Positions 1 through 10,863 are shown, numbered from the stretch's first letter. The stretch: DNA of 64,000 nt from Alphaproteobacteria bacterium (GCA_964291215.2 OZ219791.1:2304001-2368000); one strand, 5' to 3'. A program made the numbers and translations. Notes: generated from the sequence alone by a model not told the origin.

Positions 1-1036
1 ACGGAAAGAACTTTCGGAGATCAAGGGCTCGCACCTGTCGCAAAAGGTAATCAACGCCCTGCTTAACTGCGACGAGGGCGCGTTCAATGAATGCCAGATG
101 ACCGGGAAGGTCATTGCTGAGATTCTGCGCATCAGCATGCGCAAAGTAGACCGGGTGAAAAAGCGTTTCGAGGGGTTGGAGGCGGCATTGGGTGGCCGGC
201 AAGGACGCCGTTCTACCTACATGCGAAAAGCCGACGGCACCTTCGAGGCGCGCTTGGTGGCTCTGAGTTGTGGTGAACCGCCTGAGGGTTACGCGCAATG
301 GTCGTTGCGGCTGCTGGCCAACCGCGTTGTCGAGCTTGGTTACATTGATACCGTGTCACACGAGACGGTGCGGCGTGTTCTAAAAAAACTGCCTCAAGCC
401 ATGGTAGCGGGTTGGGTGGGTAATTCCTCCTCAAGGGAATGCCGACTTCGCCGCGGCGATGGAGAAGGTGCTCGATGTCTATCGCCGTCCCGCCGCCTTC
501 CCCGTGGTCTGCATGGACGAAACGCCCCGACCGGCGAGACACGGCAACCGATCGCCATGGCGCCGGGACGGACGTAACGACTACGAGTATCGACGTTGCG
601 GCACCTGCAACGTCTTCACGGAACCCCTGGCCGGCAAGCGCATGACCAAGGTAACCGAGCGCAAGATCGACTGGGCGCAGTTCCTGGCCGACATCGCCGA
701 GCGCTACCAGGATGCTACCACCATCACCCTGGTGATGGACAATCTCAACACTCCCCGGCGCCTTCTATGAGGCCTACCCGCCGGACGAGGCCAAGGCCTT
801 GTGGGACCGCTTCGAGTTCGTCTACACCCCCAAGCACGGCAGTTGGCTGAACGTGGTGGAACTCAACGTCATGATCCGCCTGAACCGCCGCATCGACTGC
901 ATCGAGGTGTTACGCCGGGAAGTTGCCGCCTGGCAGGCGACCGCATCCAGGCCAAGGTGGATTGGCAGTTCACCACCGACGATGCCCGCGTGAAACTCAA
1001 ACGTCTTTATCCGACATTTGACGAATGACAAGACAC
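1..1036 (+). mobile_element. IS630-family element, degraded; left part outside the window
   Basis: Fragments in several frames: HTH part WSLRLLANRVVELGYIDTVSHETVRRVLKK, then VVCMDE, LVMDNLNT, YTPKHGSWLN and KLKRLYP. It ends ...GACAAGACAC followed by the TA target dinucleotide at 1037-1038. Confidence 0.9.
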
Positions 1037-1881
1037 TAGTACCGGACGCTGATTTCGGTCCGCCGGTTGTCAGGATGCCGGGCGCCGTCGGCGGTGTTCA
1101 CAGCCGGCGCGTGTTCGCCGAGCGAGCCGAGGGTCAGCAGGCGTGCCGAGACTCTGGCCTTGACCAGTTCCGCCGCGACAGCATTCGCGCGCCGTTCACC
1201 GAGGCGGATATTGTAGCCGACCGCGCCGGCGCGGTCGGTATGGCCGATCACGGAGACATTCTTGGGCCTGGAGGCAATGATGGCCTTCGCGGCCTCGGCG
1301 ACGGTCGCCTTGGCCTTGGCGCTGAGCGTCGAGGCGTCGAAATCGAAATGCACCACGAAAGACAAGGGTTCCGGCGCCGGCTTCGGCGCTTTCATGACCG
1401 GCGGCTTGTAGCTGACCTTCGCGAGCGCCGTGTAGAAGCCGATGCGGCAGTTATCGATATCGTCAGCCTGGAAGTTCTCTTCCTGCTCTTGCGCCCAGCA
1501 CTCGTACATCGTCTGCGCCCTGGCGGCTTCGCCGGGGATCCGGGTCTTGGCATCACCGGAGAGCGCCTTGACGAGCTTGTCGCGCCCCGCCGATAGCGCC
1601 TTGGCGTTCTTCTTGGTCTGCTGGCGGGCAGCAACTGCTTCCGGCTCTGCCGGCTTGCCGGCCGCCGCGTCGCGCGCGCGGATGGAGAAGGCGTCGCTGT
1701 CGATATAGTCGCCCTCAGCGTATTCGGTTCTTGCGAGCGAAATGTATTGCTTGTAGAGCGTCGTCGAGAACGCATCTCCTGTCGGCTTGACCTTTTCGGC
1801 GTCCGAGAGCTCAAGGCCCATGCAGGCCGTAAGCGACCCTGCCGCGAGAACCGCGACGGCCAGGTTCCAGATATTCTTCAT
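1036..1881 (-). CDS. OmpA-family lipoprotein
   Basis: Lipobox SLTAC and OmpA C-terminal motifs (VHFDFD, IGHTDRAG, YNIRLGERRA, NRRTEI). ATG at 1881 follows GGAG. Confidence 0.88.
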   Translation of the reverse strand: MKNIWNLAVAVLAAGSLTACMGLELSDAEKVKPTGDAFSTTLYKQYISLARTEYAEGDYIDSDAFSIRARDAAAGKPAEPEAVAARQQTKKNAKALSAGRDKLVKALSGDAKTRIPGEAARAQTMYECWAQEQEENFQADDIDNCRIGFYTALAKVSYKPPVMKAPKPAPEPLSFVVHFDFDASTLSAKAKATVAEAAKAIIASRPKNVSVIGHTDRAGAVGYNIRLGERRANAVAAELVKARVSARLLTLGSLGEHAPAVNTADGARHPDNRRTEISVRY

Positions 1882-2049
1882 CGTCAACTCCTTATGCTCC
1901 TAAGGGGCCGCAGCCGAAGTCACGTTGGCATTCTGACCGACTTGCGCCCCCGCCGAATATGATGCGGATCGGGGGATAATACAACATGGCAGTTCAGTTG
2001 ATTTTCTGTGCTGCGGACGGTTTCCACGTGCTGGCTGCGGAGGACAGGC

Positions 2050-3387
2050 TCAGTCGGCGGTCTCTATCGCCGTGCCCAGCATGTCGACGATGCTGCCGAT
2101 CTGTTCCTCGGTAACGACAAGCGGCGGCGATAGCGCGAGCACATCGCCGGCCTGGCGAAGCATCAGCCCGAGTTCGAAACACTCGAGAAAGATGTTGAAG
2201 GCGCGGGCGCCGGGTGCGCCGTCGCGGGGCGCGACCTCGACTGCGCCCATCAGGCCGAGATTCCGGATGTCGACGACATGGTCCAGGCCGCGAAGCGAAT
2301 GGAGCGCGTCCTCCCAGACCGGGGTCAGCGCACGTGCGCGCTCGGTCAGCGATTCCTCGGCGAAGATGTCGAGTGTCGCAAGCCCTGCGGCACAGGCTAG
2401 CGGGTGGGCAGAATAGGTGTAGCCGTGAAACAGCTCGATGGTGTTCGGCGGCCCCTGCATGAACGTGTCGTAGATTTCCTTGCGCACCGCGACCGCGGAC
2501 GCCGGTACGGTGGCGTTCGTCATGCCCTTGGCCATGACGACCATGTCCGGAACGATCCCGAAATGATCGGCGGCGAAGTTCGCCCCCAACCGTCCGAACC
2601 CGGTGATGACCTCGTCGAAGATCAGCAGGATTCCGTGGCGGTTGCAGATCTGCCGCAGCCTTTCCAGATATCCCCTGGGCGGCACCAGAACCCCGGTCGA
2701 ACCGGACACCGGCTCGACAACGACCGCGGCGATCGTCGACGCGTCATGCAGTGCCACGATGTCCTCGAGCTGGTTGGCGCGCTCGGCCCCGGATTCGGGC
2801 TGGCCGCGGCTGAAGGTGGAGCGCCCCGGGTCATGGGTATGCGGGAGATGGTCGACGCCGCTGAGAAGCGTGCCGAACTGTTTGCGGTTGGCGGAAATGC
2901 CGCCGACCGACATGCCGCCGAAGCCGGCGCCGTGATAGCCGCGCTCGCGGCCGATGAGCCGGACCCGGTGGGCCTCGCCGCGCTGGCGGTGGTAGGCGAG
3001 CGCGATCTTGAGCGCCGTGTCCACTGCCTCGGAACCGGAATTGGCGAAGAAGACATGGTCGAGGTTGCCGGGAAGCATCGCCGAGAGCCGCGAAGCAAGG
3101 GCGAAGGCGCCGGGATGACCCCATTGGAAGGTCGGAGCGTAGTCGAGCTGCCCGACCTGCTCGCGCACCGCGGCGATGATCCTCTCCCGCCCGTGTCCGG
3201 CATTGACGCACCACATGCCGGCCGAACCGTCCAGAATCCGGCGGCCGTCATCTGTGATATAGTGCATGCCTTGGGCGGCAACGAGGATGCGCGGAGCCGA
3301 CTTGAACTGGCGGTTCGCTGTGAACGGCATCCAGAAAGGCTCAAGGGTGTTCACTCCGCGCCCTGCAACAGCGTCACTATCGGGCAT
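2050..3387 (-). CDS. Class III PLP aminotransferase (omega-amino acid/beta-alanine:pyruvate type)
   Basis: FWMPFTANRQF, NSGSEAVDTALK, LLIFDEVITGFGRLG, MAKG (PLP lysine) and HGYTYS. The start could instead be 3411. Confidence 0.9.
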   Translation of the reverse strand: MPDSDAVAGRGVNTLEPFWMPFTANRQFKSAPRILVAAQGMHYITDDGRRILDGSAGMWCVNAGHGRERIIAAVREQVGQLDYAPTFQWGHPGAFALASRLSAMLPGNLDHVFFANSGSEAVDTALKIALAYHRQRGEAHRVRLIGRERGYHGAGFGGMSVGGISANRKQFGTLLSGVDHLPHTHDPGRSTFSRGQPESGAERANQLEDIVALHDASTIAAVVVEPVSGSTGVLVPPRGYLERLRQICNRHGILLIFDEVITGFGRLGANFAADHFGIVPDMVVMAKGMTNATVPASAVAVRKEIYDTFMQGPPNTIELFHGYTYSAHPLACAAGLATLDIFAEESLTERARALTPVWEDALHSLRGLDHVVDIRNLGLMGAVEVAPRDGAPGARAFNIFLECFELGLMLRQAGDVLALSPPLVVTEEQIGSIVDMLGTAIETAD

Positions 3388-3487
3388 CGTCTTCCCTTCG
3401 GGGTTCTTCAATCGAGGCTAGCAATCTCCCGGCTAGCAGGCAAATGTCCCAGGTTGCGAGCGTGGCGCGGGGCGGTTCCGGTAGATC

Positions 3488-4735
3488 ATGGCCCTGAAAT
3501 CCGGCTTCGAATCCATAGCATCCGTATTCTCCGATCGCAATTATCGGATCTTCTCGATCGGGAACATCCTGTCGCACAACGGGACCTGGGCGCAGCGCAC
3601 CGCGGTCCTCTGGCTCACCTGGGAACTCACCCGTTCAGGGTTGTGGCTCGGGCTGGTCAGTGTTGCCGACCTGTTGCCGGTCATGGTCATCGGACCTCTT
3701 GCCGGCGCACTTGCCGATCGGGCGAACCTTCTGACGATGATGAAGGTCACGCAGATCCTCGCCGGCCTGCAGTCGGCCGTCCTCGCTGCGCTCACCCTGG
3801 GCGGCGTGATGACCCCGGAACTTCTTCTTGCGCTGGTCTTCGTGCACGGCGTCATCCTTTCCTTCAACCAGCCGGCGAGGCTGGCGCTGGTCCCGCACCT
3901 CATCCGGCGCCGCAACCTGTCGGCGGCGATCGGCATCAACTCGATGATTTTCAATTCGGCGCGGGCCACCGGCCCGATGATCGGCGGGCTGCTCATCGGA
4001 TCTTACGGCGTCGGCTACGCGTTTGCCTTCAATGCGGCAAGCTATCTGTGGTTTGTGGGTTCGCTCTTTCTCCTGCTGATCGACAACCCGCGAAGCGGCA
4101 CCGGCGCCTCGCGGCGCCTCGGGGACATGCCCCGCGAGATTGCCGACGGCTTCCGCTACGTGCTCGGCCATCCCGGGATCGCGCGGATGCTTGTCATCCT
4201 GTGCGTGGTCTCGGTGTGCGGGCGGCCCTACATGGAACTGCTGTCCGGCTTTGCCGACGAGGTGTTCGGCCGCGGCGCGCAGGGCTACTCGCTCCTTGTT
4301 TCGATGACCGGCCTCGGCGCCATGCTGGGATCGTTGTGGCTTGCCCAGCGCGGGCAGGTGGAGGGACTCACGGCCCGGGTAGTCACCGCCATACTCGTCC
4401 TGTCGCTTTCGCTTGCGGGGTTCGCCGCAACCAACCTGTTCGGGGTTGCGCTGGCTTGCCTGTTCGTTACCGGCTTCGCGGTGATCGTCATCGGAGCTGG
4501 CGAACAGACCCTGCTGCAGAACGCCGTGGATCCCGCAATGCGGGGACGGGTGATGAGCCTCTATGGCATGATCGGCCGCGGCGCGCCTGCGCTCGGGGCT
4601 CTCATCATGGGCGGGCTCGCCGAATCCCTGGGCTTCCAGGCGCCAGTGATCGCGGGAGCATCGATCTGCCTGGTGCTTTGGCACTGGGCGGCGCGGAGGC
4701 GCGATGCCATGGCGCAGGCGCTGGAGGCCGGCTGA
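3488..4735 (+). CDS. MFS transporter
   Basis: About 12 hydrophobic segments; GALADR and MRGRVMSLY motifs. Confidence 0.88.
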   Translation: MALKSGFESIASVFSDRNYRIFSIGNILSHNGTWAQRTAVLWLTWELTRSGLWLGLVSVADLLPVMVIGPLAGALADRANLLTMMKVTQILAGLQSAVLAALTLGGVMTPELLLALVFVHGVILSFNQPARLALVPHLIRRRNLSAAIGINSMIFNSARATGPMIGGLLIGSYGVGYAFAFNAASYLWFVGSLFLLLIDNPRSGTGASRRLGDMPREIADGFRYVLGHPGIARMLVILCVVSVCGRPYMELLSGFADEVFGRGAQGYSLLVSMTGLGAMLGSLWLAQRGQVEGLTARVVTAILVLSLSLAGFAATNLFGVALACLFVTGFAVIVIGAGEQTLLQNAVDPAMRGRVMSLYGMIGRGAPALGALIMGGLAESLGFQAPVIAGASICLVLWHWAARRRDAMAQALEAG

Positions 4736-4795
4736 CGGCCGATGGCGGCAACGACAACGTTCCCGCCCGGGGCGTGTGTTCCGCGTGCTCAGGTC

Positions 4796-5734
4796 TCAGG
4801 TCCGCGAATCGTTCCCGCCGCCGGTCCGGCGCCCCGCGGTTACCAGCCAGACTCCCGTGAAGATCGTGGCGATTCCCCAGAGATGGAACGGTTCCACGGA
4901 TTCTCCGAGGATGAGGACCGACAGCCCGACGCCGAATACCGGAATCATGTATTGCGCCATTCCGGAGACGTGCGGGCCAACCACGGGAACCGCGCGATTC
5001 CAGCAGATATAGGACAGGAAGGACGGAAAGATCACCGAATAGGCGATGATGCCGATATTGTCCGGTGTCGGCGCGAAGGCCATGCCGCGCCAGAGATCCG
5101 CGACGTAGAGCGGCAGCATCATCAGGACCGCTATTGCGGTTATCGCGACAAGGAACGGGATCTCGCCGATCTCTCTCGGTATCCACCGCAGGATCGCGGT
5201 GTAGACCGCCCATGAGAAGAAGGCGACCAGCACCAGTATGTCGCCGATGTTGAAGGTGAATCCGGCAAGGCGGGAGATATCCGCCCGGAGCACGATGACC
5301 AGCGTTCCGGCCAGTCCGAGCAGAACTCCGATCGCCTGGCGGCGGGTGACCAGGTCGCCGGTCATCAGGAACGTGACGATGACGATCCAGATCGTCCCCG
5401 AGGCATTCATCAGCGTGGCATTGACGGCAACTGTAAACTGGAGGCCGACATAGTAGGGGACTGTGAAGCCGACCACGCCGAACAAGCCGAAGACGGCGAG
5501 AATCGGCAGGTGTCGCGCGATCAGGCGGCGCTGCTGCCAGGTCTCGCGCCAGCCGATGGCGAGAAAGCACAGCAATACGCACGCCCAGCGGATCCAGGAC
5601 AGGGAAAACGGCGGTATGTTGCTTGAGGCCGCGCGTCCGGCGACCGAACTGCCGGCCCAGGAGAGGGCGCTGAACAGGAGAAGGGCAAAGGCGAGAAGCA
5701 GGCGCCCCCGGCCAGGTTCGGCCTGCGGCCTCAT
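4796..5734 (-). CDS. DMT/EamA-family transporter
   Basis: About 10 TM segments; LSWAGSSVAGR, GDILVLVAFFSWAVY and ILGE motifs. Confidence 0.85.
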   Translation of the reverse strand: MRPQAEPGRGRLLLAFALLLFSALSWAGSSVAGRAASSNIPPFSLSWIRWACVLLCFLAIGWRETWQQRRLIARHLPILAVFGLFGVVGFTVPYYVGLQFTVAVNATLMNASGTIWIVIVTFLMTGDLVTRRQAIGVLLGLAGTLVIVLRADISRLAGFTFNIGDILVLVAFFSWAVYTAILRWIPREIGEIPFLVAITAIAVLMMLPLYVADLWRGMAFAPTPDNIGIIAYSVIFPSFLSYICWNRAVPVVGPHVSGMAQYMIPVFGVGLSVLILGESVEPFHLWGIATIFTGVWLVTAGRRTGGGNDSRT

Positions 5735-5867
5735 TCATGCCTCCCGAACTGTGGCGCGCCGGCTGACCGTTTCGCGGCCTGGCTGACACGAGGAGGTCTC
5801 CGGCGGGTTTCGCCCCCGGAGCCTCCGGTCCCGCATCCTGTCGGCCGCGGGATGCGGTTTCCGGCCG

Positions 5868-7079
5868 CTATAGCGGTTTTCCGCAGGCAAGCCGTGGCAG
5901 GTCGCCTGCGAGCCCCATGGCCTGGCGCATGAACAGCTTCTTGAGGGGACGGGTGTGGTGGACGACGCCGAGCCCCAGATCGCGGGCCAGACGCATGGCC
6001 GGGATTTCGTTCGCAAACAGGCGGTTGAGCGCGTCGGTTGCCGCCAGCATAGCGAGATTGTCGCTGCGCCGCCATTTCTGATAGTGGGCAAGTGCCGGTT
6101 CGAGGCCTGGGTCGAGGCCGATCCTGAGGGTGTCCGTCACGATCTCTGCCAGTGCTGCTATATCGCGAAGGCCGAGATTGAGCCCCTGGCCGGCTATGGG
6201 ATGGATCGCATGGGCGGCGTCGCCGGCCAGCGCGAGACGATGGCTGATGAAGCTTCGGGCGAGGATCGCTGACAGCGGATGATGCCAGCGCCCGGAGCCC
6301 GGCGAAAGCGGCCCGAGGAAGCTGCCGAAGCGAAGCCGCAGCTGTTCGACGAAACCGGTGTCGTCCAGAGACAGGATGGCGTGGGCGCGGGCCGCCCGCT
6401 CCGTCCAAACGATGGACGACCGGTTGCCGGTCATGGGCAGTATCGCGAACGGTCCCGGAGGCAGGAAATGTTCGTGGGCGATGCCGTTGTGGGACAGTTG
6501 GTGATCGACAGAGCACACGATGGCGGTCTGCGGATAGGACCAGCGTACGGCGTCGATTCCCGCAGCGGCGCGTAGAGGCGAGTTGCGCCCGTCCGCGGCA
6601 ACCACCAGCCGTGCTGTGAGACTGTTGCCGTCATCGAGCAGGATGTGCGCGTGCCGTGTGCCGTATTCGACCTTCGTCACCTGCCGGCCGTCCGCGACCA
6701 GGAGATCGGCCCCGGTCACGGCGTACCTGAGGGCCCGGCGTATCGTGGTGTTTTCCACGATCCAGCCGAGCGGACCCTCGGCGAGCTCGTCCTCGTCGAA
6801 ATGCAGGAATAGCGGCGAGGCGCCGTCGGCGACGCGGATTCCGTGAATCGGCTGCGCGTGCGGCGCGATCGCTTGCCAGAGGCCGAGCCCGTCGAGGATG
6901 CGCTGCGACCCGGCCGCGATCGCCGACGCGCGCCCGTCGCGCTCCGGACCGGTGCGCTCGGCCATCCGGGCGCGCTCCACCAGAGCGGTGGCGACGCCAG
7001 CATCGGCAAGGGCGACCGCAAGGCACATCCCGACCATGCCGCCGCCGACGATGATGACCTCTGTCCGGCGTTCCGTCAT
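5868..7079 (-). CDS. UbiH/UbiL/VisC-family FAD-dependent hydroxylase
   Basis: GGGMVG dinucleotide fold, AADGRNS and GDAAHAIHPIAGQGLNLG. Confidence 0.9.
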   Translation of the reverse strand: MTERRTEVIIVGGGMVGMCLAVALADAGVATALVERARMAERTGPERDGRASAIAAGSQRILDGLGLWQAIAPHAQPIHGIRVADGASPLFLHFDEDELAEGPLGWIVENTTIRRALRYAVTGADLLVADGRQVTKVEYGTRHAHILLDDGNSLTARLVVAADGRNSPLRAAAGIDAVRWSYPQTAIVCSVDHQLSHNGIAHEHFLPPGPFAILPMTGNRSSIVWTERAARAHAILSLDDTGFVEQLRLRFGSFLGPLSPGSGRWHHPLSAILARSFISHRLALAGDAAHAIHPIAGQGLNLGLRDIAALAEIVTDTLRIGLDPGLEPALAHYQKWRRSDNLAMLAATDALNRLFANEIPAMRLARDLGLGVVHHTRPLKKLFMRQAMGLAGDLPRLACGKPL

Positions 7080-7162
7080 GACGCCGGCATCATATCCCGT
7101 GTGCCGCTCAAGGCAATGACGGCTGCGCCGGCGTGGCGACGGGTTGGCGGGTCTCCGGATGA

Positions 7163-7197
7163 TGCCTAAATCTCATGCATTGCCGGTTTTTTAGGCA
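7163..7197. promoter_or_regulatory. Two tandem NtrC-like boxes (TGC-N11-GCA)
   Basis: TGCCTAAATCTCATGCA at 7163-7179 and TGCCGGTTTTTTAGGCA at 7181-7197, about 90-120 bp upstream of the sigma54 promoter of glnK-amtB. Confidence 0.65.
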
Positions 7198-7285
7198 GAC
7201 TGAGGGACGGTACCCGGTGCTGCCGGGGCTTGTGGGAAAATTTATTCCTTTGTTTGTAGGGATAAAATCAATTTGTCGCCAACTT

Positions 7286-7301
7286 TGGCACGAAACTTGC
7301 T
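7286..7301 (+). promoter_or_regulatory. Sigma54 (-24/-12) promoter of glnK-amtB
   Basis: TGGCAC-GAAAC-TTGCT matches the TGGCAC-N5-TTGCW consensus. Confidence 0.88.
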
Positions 7302-7428
7302 TCTCCTTTAATGAAACGCTGCGCCGCGTGCTCGAAACCGCTCGCGGCGGCGTGATCCGGTGTGCCGCACGGCGGCGCCCGAAACCGCGGCCCAGGCATT
7401 GCCGGCTGGAAGAACAGGAGGAAACCAC

Positions 7429-7767
7429 ATGAAGTTGATCACCGCGGTCATACAGCACTACAAGCTGGATGATGTCCGACAGGCGCTGACGGAAATCGGC
7501 GTCCAGGGCATGACAGTGGCCGAAGTCCGAGGTTTCGGGCGGCAGCAAGGACACTCGGAGACCTATCGCGGCGCCGAATACACCGTCTCCTTCATACCCA
7601 AGGTCCGTCTCGATGTCGCCGTCGATGACGGCGTTGCTGACAAGGTCGTGGAGGCGGTCCGCCGTTCCGCGAACACCGGAAAGATTGGCGACGGCAAGAT
7701 CTTCATCACGTCGCTGACCGACGCGGTGCGGATCCGCACCGGGGAAACAGGATCCGAAGCGCTCTGA
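7429..7767 (+). CDS. glnK: P-II nitrogen regulator GlnK
   Basis: 112 aa: MKLITAVI...GFGRQQGHSETYRGAEY...GKIGDGKIF. RBS AGGAGG; lies directly upstream of amtB. Confidence 0.95.
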   Translation: MKLITAVIQHYKLDDVRQALTEIGVQGMTVAEVRGFGRQQGHSETYRGAEYTVSFIPKVRLDVAVDDGVADKVVEAVRRSANTGKIGDGKIFITSLTDAVRIRTGETGSEAL

Positions 7768-7814
7768 TTTCCGTAAACCCCACACGCAACAGAAAACACC
7801 CTGAAGGACCCAAG

Positions 7815-9188
7815 ATGATGAAAATGTTCTCCAAGTCACGCTGTCTTGCCGTCGCGGCTGCCGCCGCGGTCATGCTGAGTGCCGGCACGGCGCATGCGGC
7901 GATCGATCCAGAGACGGCGTTCGTGTTCAACTCGTTCTCGTTTCTCGTACACGGCTTCCTGGTCATGTTCATGGCCGCAGGGTTCGCCATGCTCGAATCT
8001 GGGCTGGTGCGTTCGAAGAACACGGCTGCCATCTGCCTCAAGAACATCGCGCTCTATTCCATCGCTGGCCTCATGTTCTATATCGTCGGCTACTCGTTGA
8101 TGTATACGGATGTCGGCGCAAGCGGCGGCTGGATCGGCGTGCCGGACATCTTCTACAACCCCGCTGACGCCGAACTTGCCCTGATCAATGCCGACGACGC
8201 GGCGAAGCCGGCGGCCACAGCCGCGCTGGTCAAGGGTGCGGACTATGCCTCGATGTCGGACTGGTTCTTCCAGATGGTGTTCGTCGCAACCGCGGCGTCG
8301 ATCGTGTCGGGCACCCTTGCGGAGCGCATCAGGGTCTGGCCGTTCCTGATCTTCGTCGTCGTGCTCACGGCGGTGATCTATCCGGTGCAGGGCGCCTGGG
8401 TGTGGGGTGCCGGCTGGCTCAGCGAGATGGGTTTCTCGGATTTTGCAGGCTCGACCCTGGTTCATTCGACCGGCGGCTGGGCGGCTCTTGCCGGCGCACT
8501 GATTCTCGGCGCGCGCCGCGGCAAGTACGGCCCCGACGGCCAGGTCAATCCATTGCCAGGCGCCAATCTGCCGCTTGCGACACTCGGCACGTTCGTGCTG
8601 TGGTTCGGCTGGTTCGGATTTAACGGCGGTTCACAGCTGGCCTTGGGTTCGGCTCTTGACGTGTCCGCGATGGCGATCGTCTATGTCAACACCAATCTTG
8701 CCGCCGCCGCCGGCGTGGTTGTCGCGATGGCCATGGCCCGGGTGATGTACGGCAAGATGGATCTCACCCTGTGCCTCAACGGTGCGATCGGCGGGCTTGT
8801 CGCGATCACCGCCGGTCCGGACCTCCAGAATCACGCGCTGGCGGCAATCATCGGTGGCATCGGTGGTGCGCTGGTGGTGCTGACGGTGCCGTTGCTCGAC
8901 AGGCTGAGGATAGATGATGTTGTTGGCGCCATCCCGGCGCATCTGGTGTGCGGCATCTGGGGCACACTGGCCGTCGGAATTTTCGGTGGCAGCAGCTTCC
9001 TTGTGCAGCTTGCCGGCATCGTCGCCATCGGTATCTTCGTCTTTGCCGCGAGTTCCGTCATGTGGTTGATTCTCAAGAGCACGATGGGCATCCGGCTCGA
9101 CGAGGAGCAGGAACTTGGCGGCGTCGACCGTAGCGAACTCGGTCTTGAGGCCTATCCCGAGTTCGGCCGCGGCTCGATGATCAGCTGA
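7815..9188 (+). CDS. amtB: Ammonium transporter
   Basis: FFQMVF, DFAGSTLVHSTGG, WFGWFGFNGGS and DDVVGAIPAH. Confidence 0.96.
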   Translation: MMKMFSKSRCLAVAAAAAVMLSAGTAHAAIDPETAFVFNSFSFLVHGFLVMFMAAGFAMLESGLVRSKNTAAICLKNIALYSIAGLMFYIVGYSLMYTDVGASGGWIGVPDIFYNPADAELALINADDAAKPAATAALVKGADYASMSDWFFQMVFVATAASIVSGTLAERIRVWPFLIFVVVLTAVIYPVQGAWVWGAGWLSEMGFSDFAGSTLVHSTGGWAALAGALILGARRGKYGPDGQVNPLPGANLPLATLGTFVLWFGWFGFNGGSQLALGSALDVSAMAIVYVNTNLAAAAGVVVAMAMARVMYGKMDLTLCLNGAIGGLVAITAGPDLQNHALAAIIGGIGGALVVLTVPLLDRLRIDDVVGAIPAHLVCGIWGTLAVGIFGGSSFLVQLAGIVAIGIFVFAASSVMWLILKSTMGIRLDEEQELGGVDRSELGLEAYPEFGRGSMIS

Positions 9189-9202
9189 GCCTTCGCCCCA
9201 AT

Positions 9203-9232
9203 GAAGCCCGGCGGTGCCTGCCGTCGGGCTTC
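9203..9232 (+). terminator. Hairpin after amtB, possible terminator
   Basis: GAAGCCCGGCGG-N6-CCGTCGGGCTTC stem; no U-tract. Confidence 0.4.
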
Positions 9233-9561
9233 GGTCCTCCGCTCGCTTGCGGGGTAGCATCCGGGCGCCTTCTCCGCCTTGATCCGGGGTTGCAACGGAT
9301 CAGATGCGGGGTCAGGAATCAGCAGTGCGGGTTCCTGACATATCTCGTGCGCGTGTCCGGGATCGGCGGGCCGGATGATCCTGCGGGCCGGAGACGGTGC
9401 ACCGGTTCCGAATAGCCGCCTCCGTGGCGGCCGGGGCTCGCCGTCCTGCTTGCATGGCCCCTGTGGAACGGATAGGTCTGAACGGACTGCCCTTGAAACC
9501 GCAGGCTTCCGGGGCCCGCAGGGGCGCCGGCCGGGCGTGCGAACAGGCAAGGCGGATTTCC

Positions 9562-10599
9562 GTGTCCCTGACCGCTCTGGATCGAACCAAGCTCAGGACT
9601 CTTGCAGTCGCCGTCGCGATTTCGGCTGTCGGAGGCGCACTTTACGGCGTTGTCGCCGTTGATGCGGAAGGGGTCCCGATCGCGCGTCATCCGATTCTGA
9701 TTGGTGCCTATGTGGGAAGCGTGATCGGCCTGTCGATCGGCGGCTTCGAGATCTTCTCGACCGTAACCAGGACACTTTATTGGTTGCGGCGCGCGCCGTT
9801 TGCGGCCAGCGTCCTGCTGCGATCGGCCTTCTATCTTCTGGTGTTCGTGCTGGCGATCGAATCCGCGTTCCTGGTCTTCGGAATTGTCGCCGTAGGCTGG
9901 GGGTGGGGCGATGCCCTCTTCCTGACGACCGTCGCCCTGTCGTTCTGCGCGAGCTTCCTGTTCAACATGATGCTGCGTGTCAACCAGTTGCTGGGGCGTG
10001 GTGTGCTCGCCGGTTTCCTGACGGGCCGCTATCATCGGCCGCGCGAGGAAGAACGGATTTTCCTTTTCCTGGACCTGGTGGGCTCCACGGAGCTTGCCGA
10101 ACGCATCGGTCATCTGGCGTTTCACCGCCTCCTCGGAGATTTCATTGCCGACGTCACCGAGCCGATCCTCGCTGCGCGGGGAGAAATTCACAGCTATGTC
10201 GGAGACGGCATCATCGTTTCCTGGAAGGTGCCACGCGGATTCCGGCACGGGCGGTGCGTCCGCTGCCTCCTCGACATGCGCCGGACGCTTGAGACCCGCG
10301 CCGCGGCCTATGAGGAGGCCTACGGGTGCGCGCCGGCCTTTCGGGCCGCGCTTCATGTCGGTCCGGTGATTGTCGGCGAGATGGGGGTCGTCAAGCAGGC
10401 GATAGTGTTTCTCGGGGATACGGTCAACACGACGGCGCGGATCGAAGCCGCCTGCAGGGAATTGGACGCGATGGCACTGGCTTCGGAAGCCATCGTTGAC
10501 CGGCTGGAAAATCGCGGCGATTTCGGATTCGAGGATGTCGGGCCTGTGACGCTGCGCGGCAAGGCGGCACCCATCAGGCTTTTTCGTCTGAATCTCTGA
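9562..10599 (+). CDS. Membrane-anchored class III adenylate/guanylate cyclase
   Basis: N-terminal TM helices, then FLDLVGST, YVGDG and GDTVNTTARI. Start uncertain; GTG at 9562 chosen. Confidence 0.85.
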   Translation: MSLTALDRTKLRTLAVAVAISAVGGALYGVVAVDAEGVPIARHPILIGAYVGSVIGLSIGGFEIFSTVTRTLYWLRRAPFAASVLLRSAFYLLVFVLAIESAFLVFGIVAVGWGWGDALFLTTVALSFCASFLFNMMLRVNQLLGRGVLAGFLTGRYHRPREEERIFLFLDLVGSTELAERIGHLAFHRLLGDFIADVTEPILAARGEIHSYVGDGIIVSWKVPRGFRHGRCVRCLLDMRRTLETRAAAYEEAYGCAPAFRAALHVGPVIVGEMGVVKQAIVFLGDTVNTTARIEAACRELDAMALASEAIVDRLENRGDFGFEDVGPVTLRGKAAPIRLFRLNL

Positions 10600-10863
10600 C
10601 CGCGCGCGGCCTGGTGCCGTCCTCCCCGCCTCTGGAGGGCCGCCCGGTCGCGCAATTTTGCGGCATCCGCGAGGGCCGTTCGGTCTGTCACGTTCCCGCA
10701 TTGGCGGCAGCGTTTCCGTCTAATTGTTGTATGCCGCTGGAATCGATGCCCAAAATGGTGTAAAATGAAGATCATCGACAAGACCGGTTTGCTGGTCCCT
10801 TGGCGGGGTATCCATGACAATTTCCCTTTTTCCACGTCTGCTGCCGATCCGGGACTCTGGGGC

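Noticed and set aside
98-1028. Programmed frameshifting as the cause of the split IS ORFs
   Set aside because: The CTAAAAAAAC site near 380 may be the normal IS630 shift, but the many other breaks remove conserved residues and reflect decay.
2404-4860. 818-aa plus-strand ORF and other long shadow ORFs (12609-14423, 19087-20625, 36281-38509, 43089-44447)
   Set aside because: Antisense or off-frame shadows of recognisable genes, expected in high-GC DNA; no motifs.
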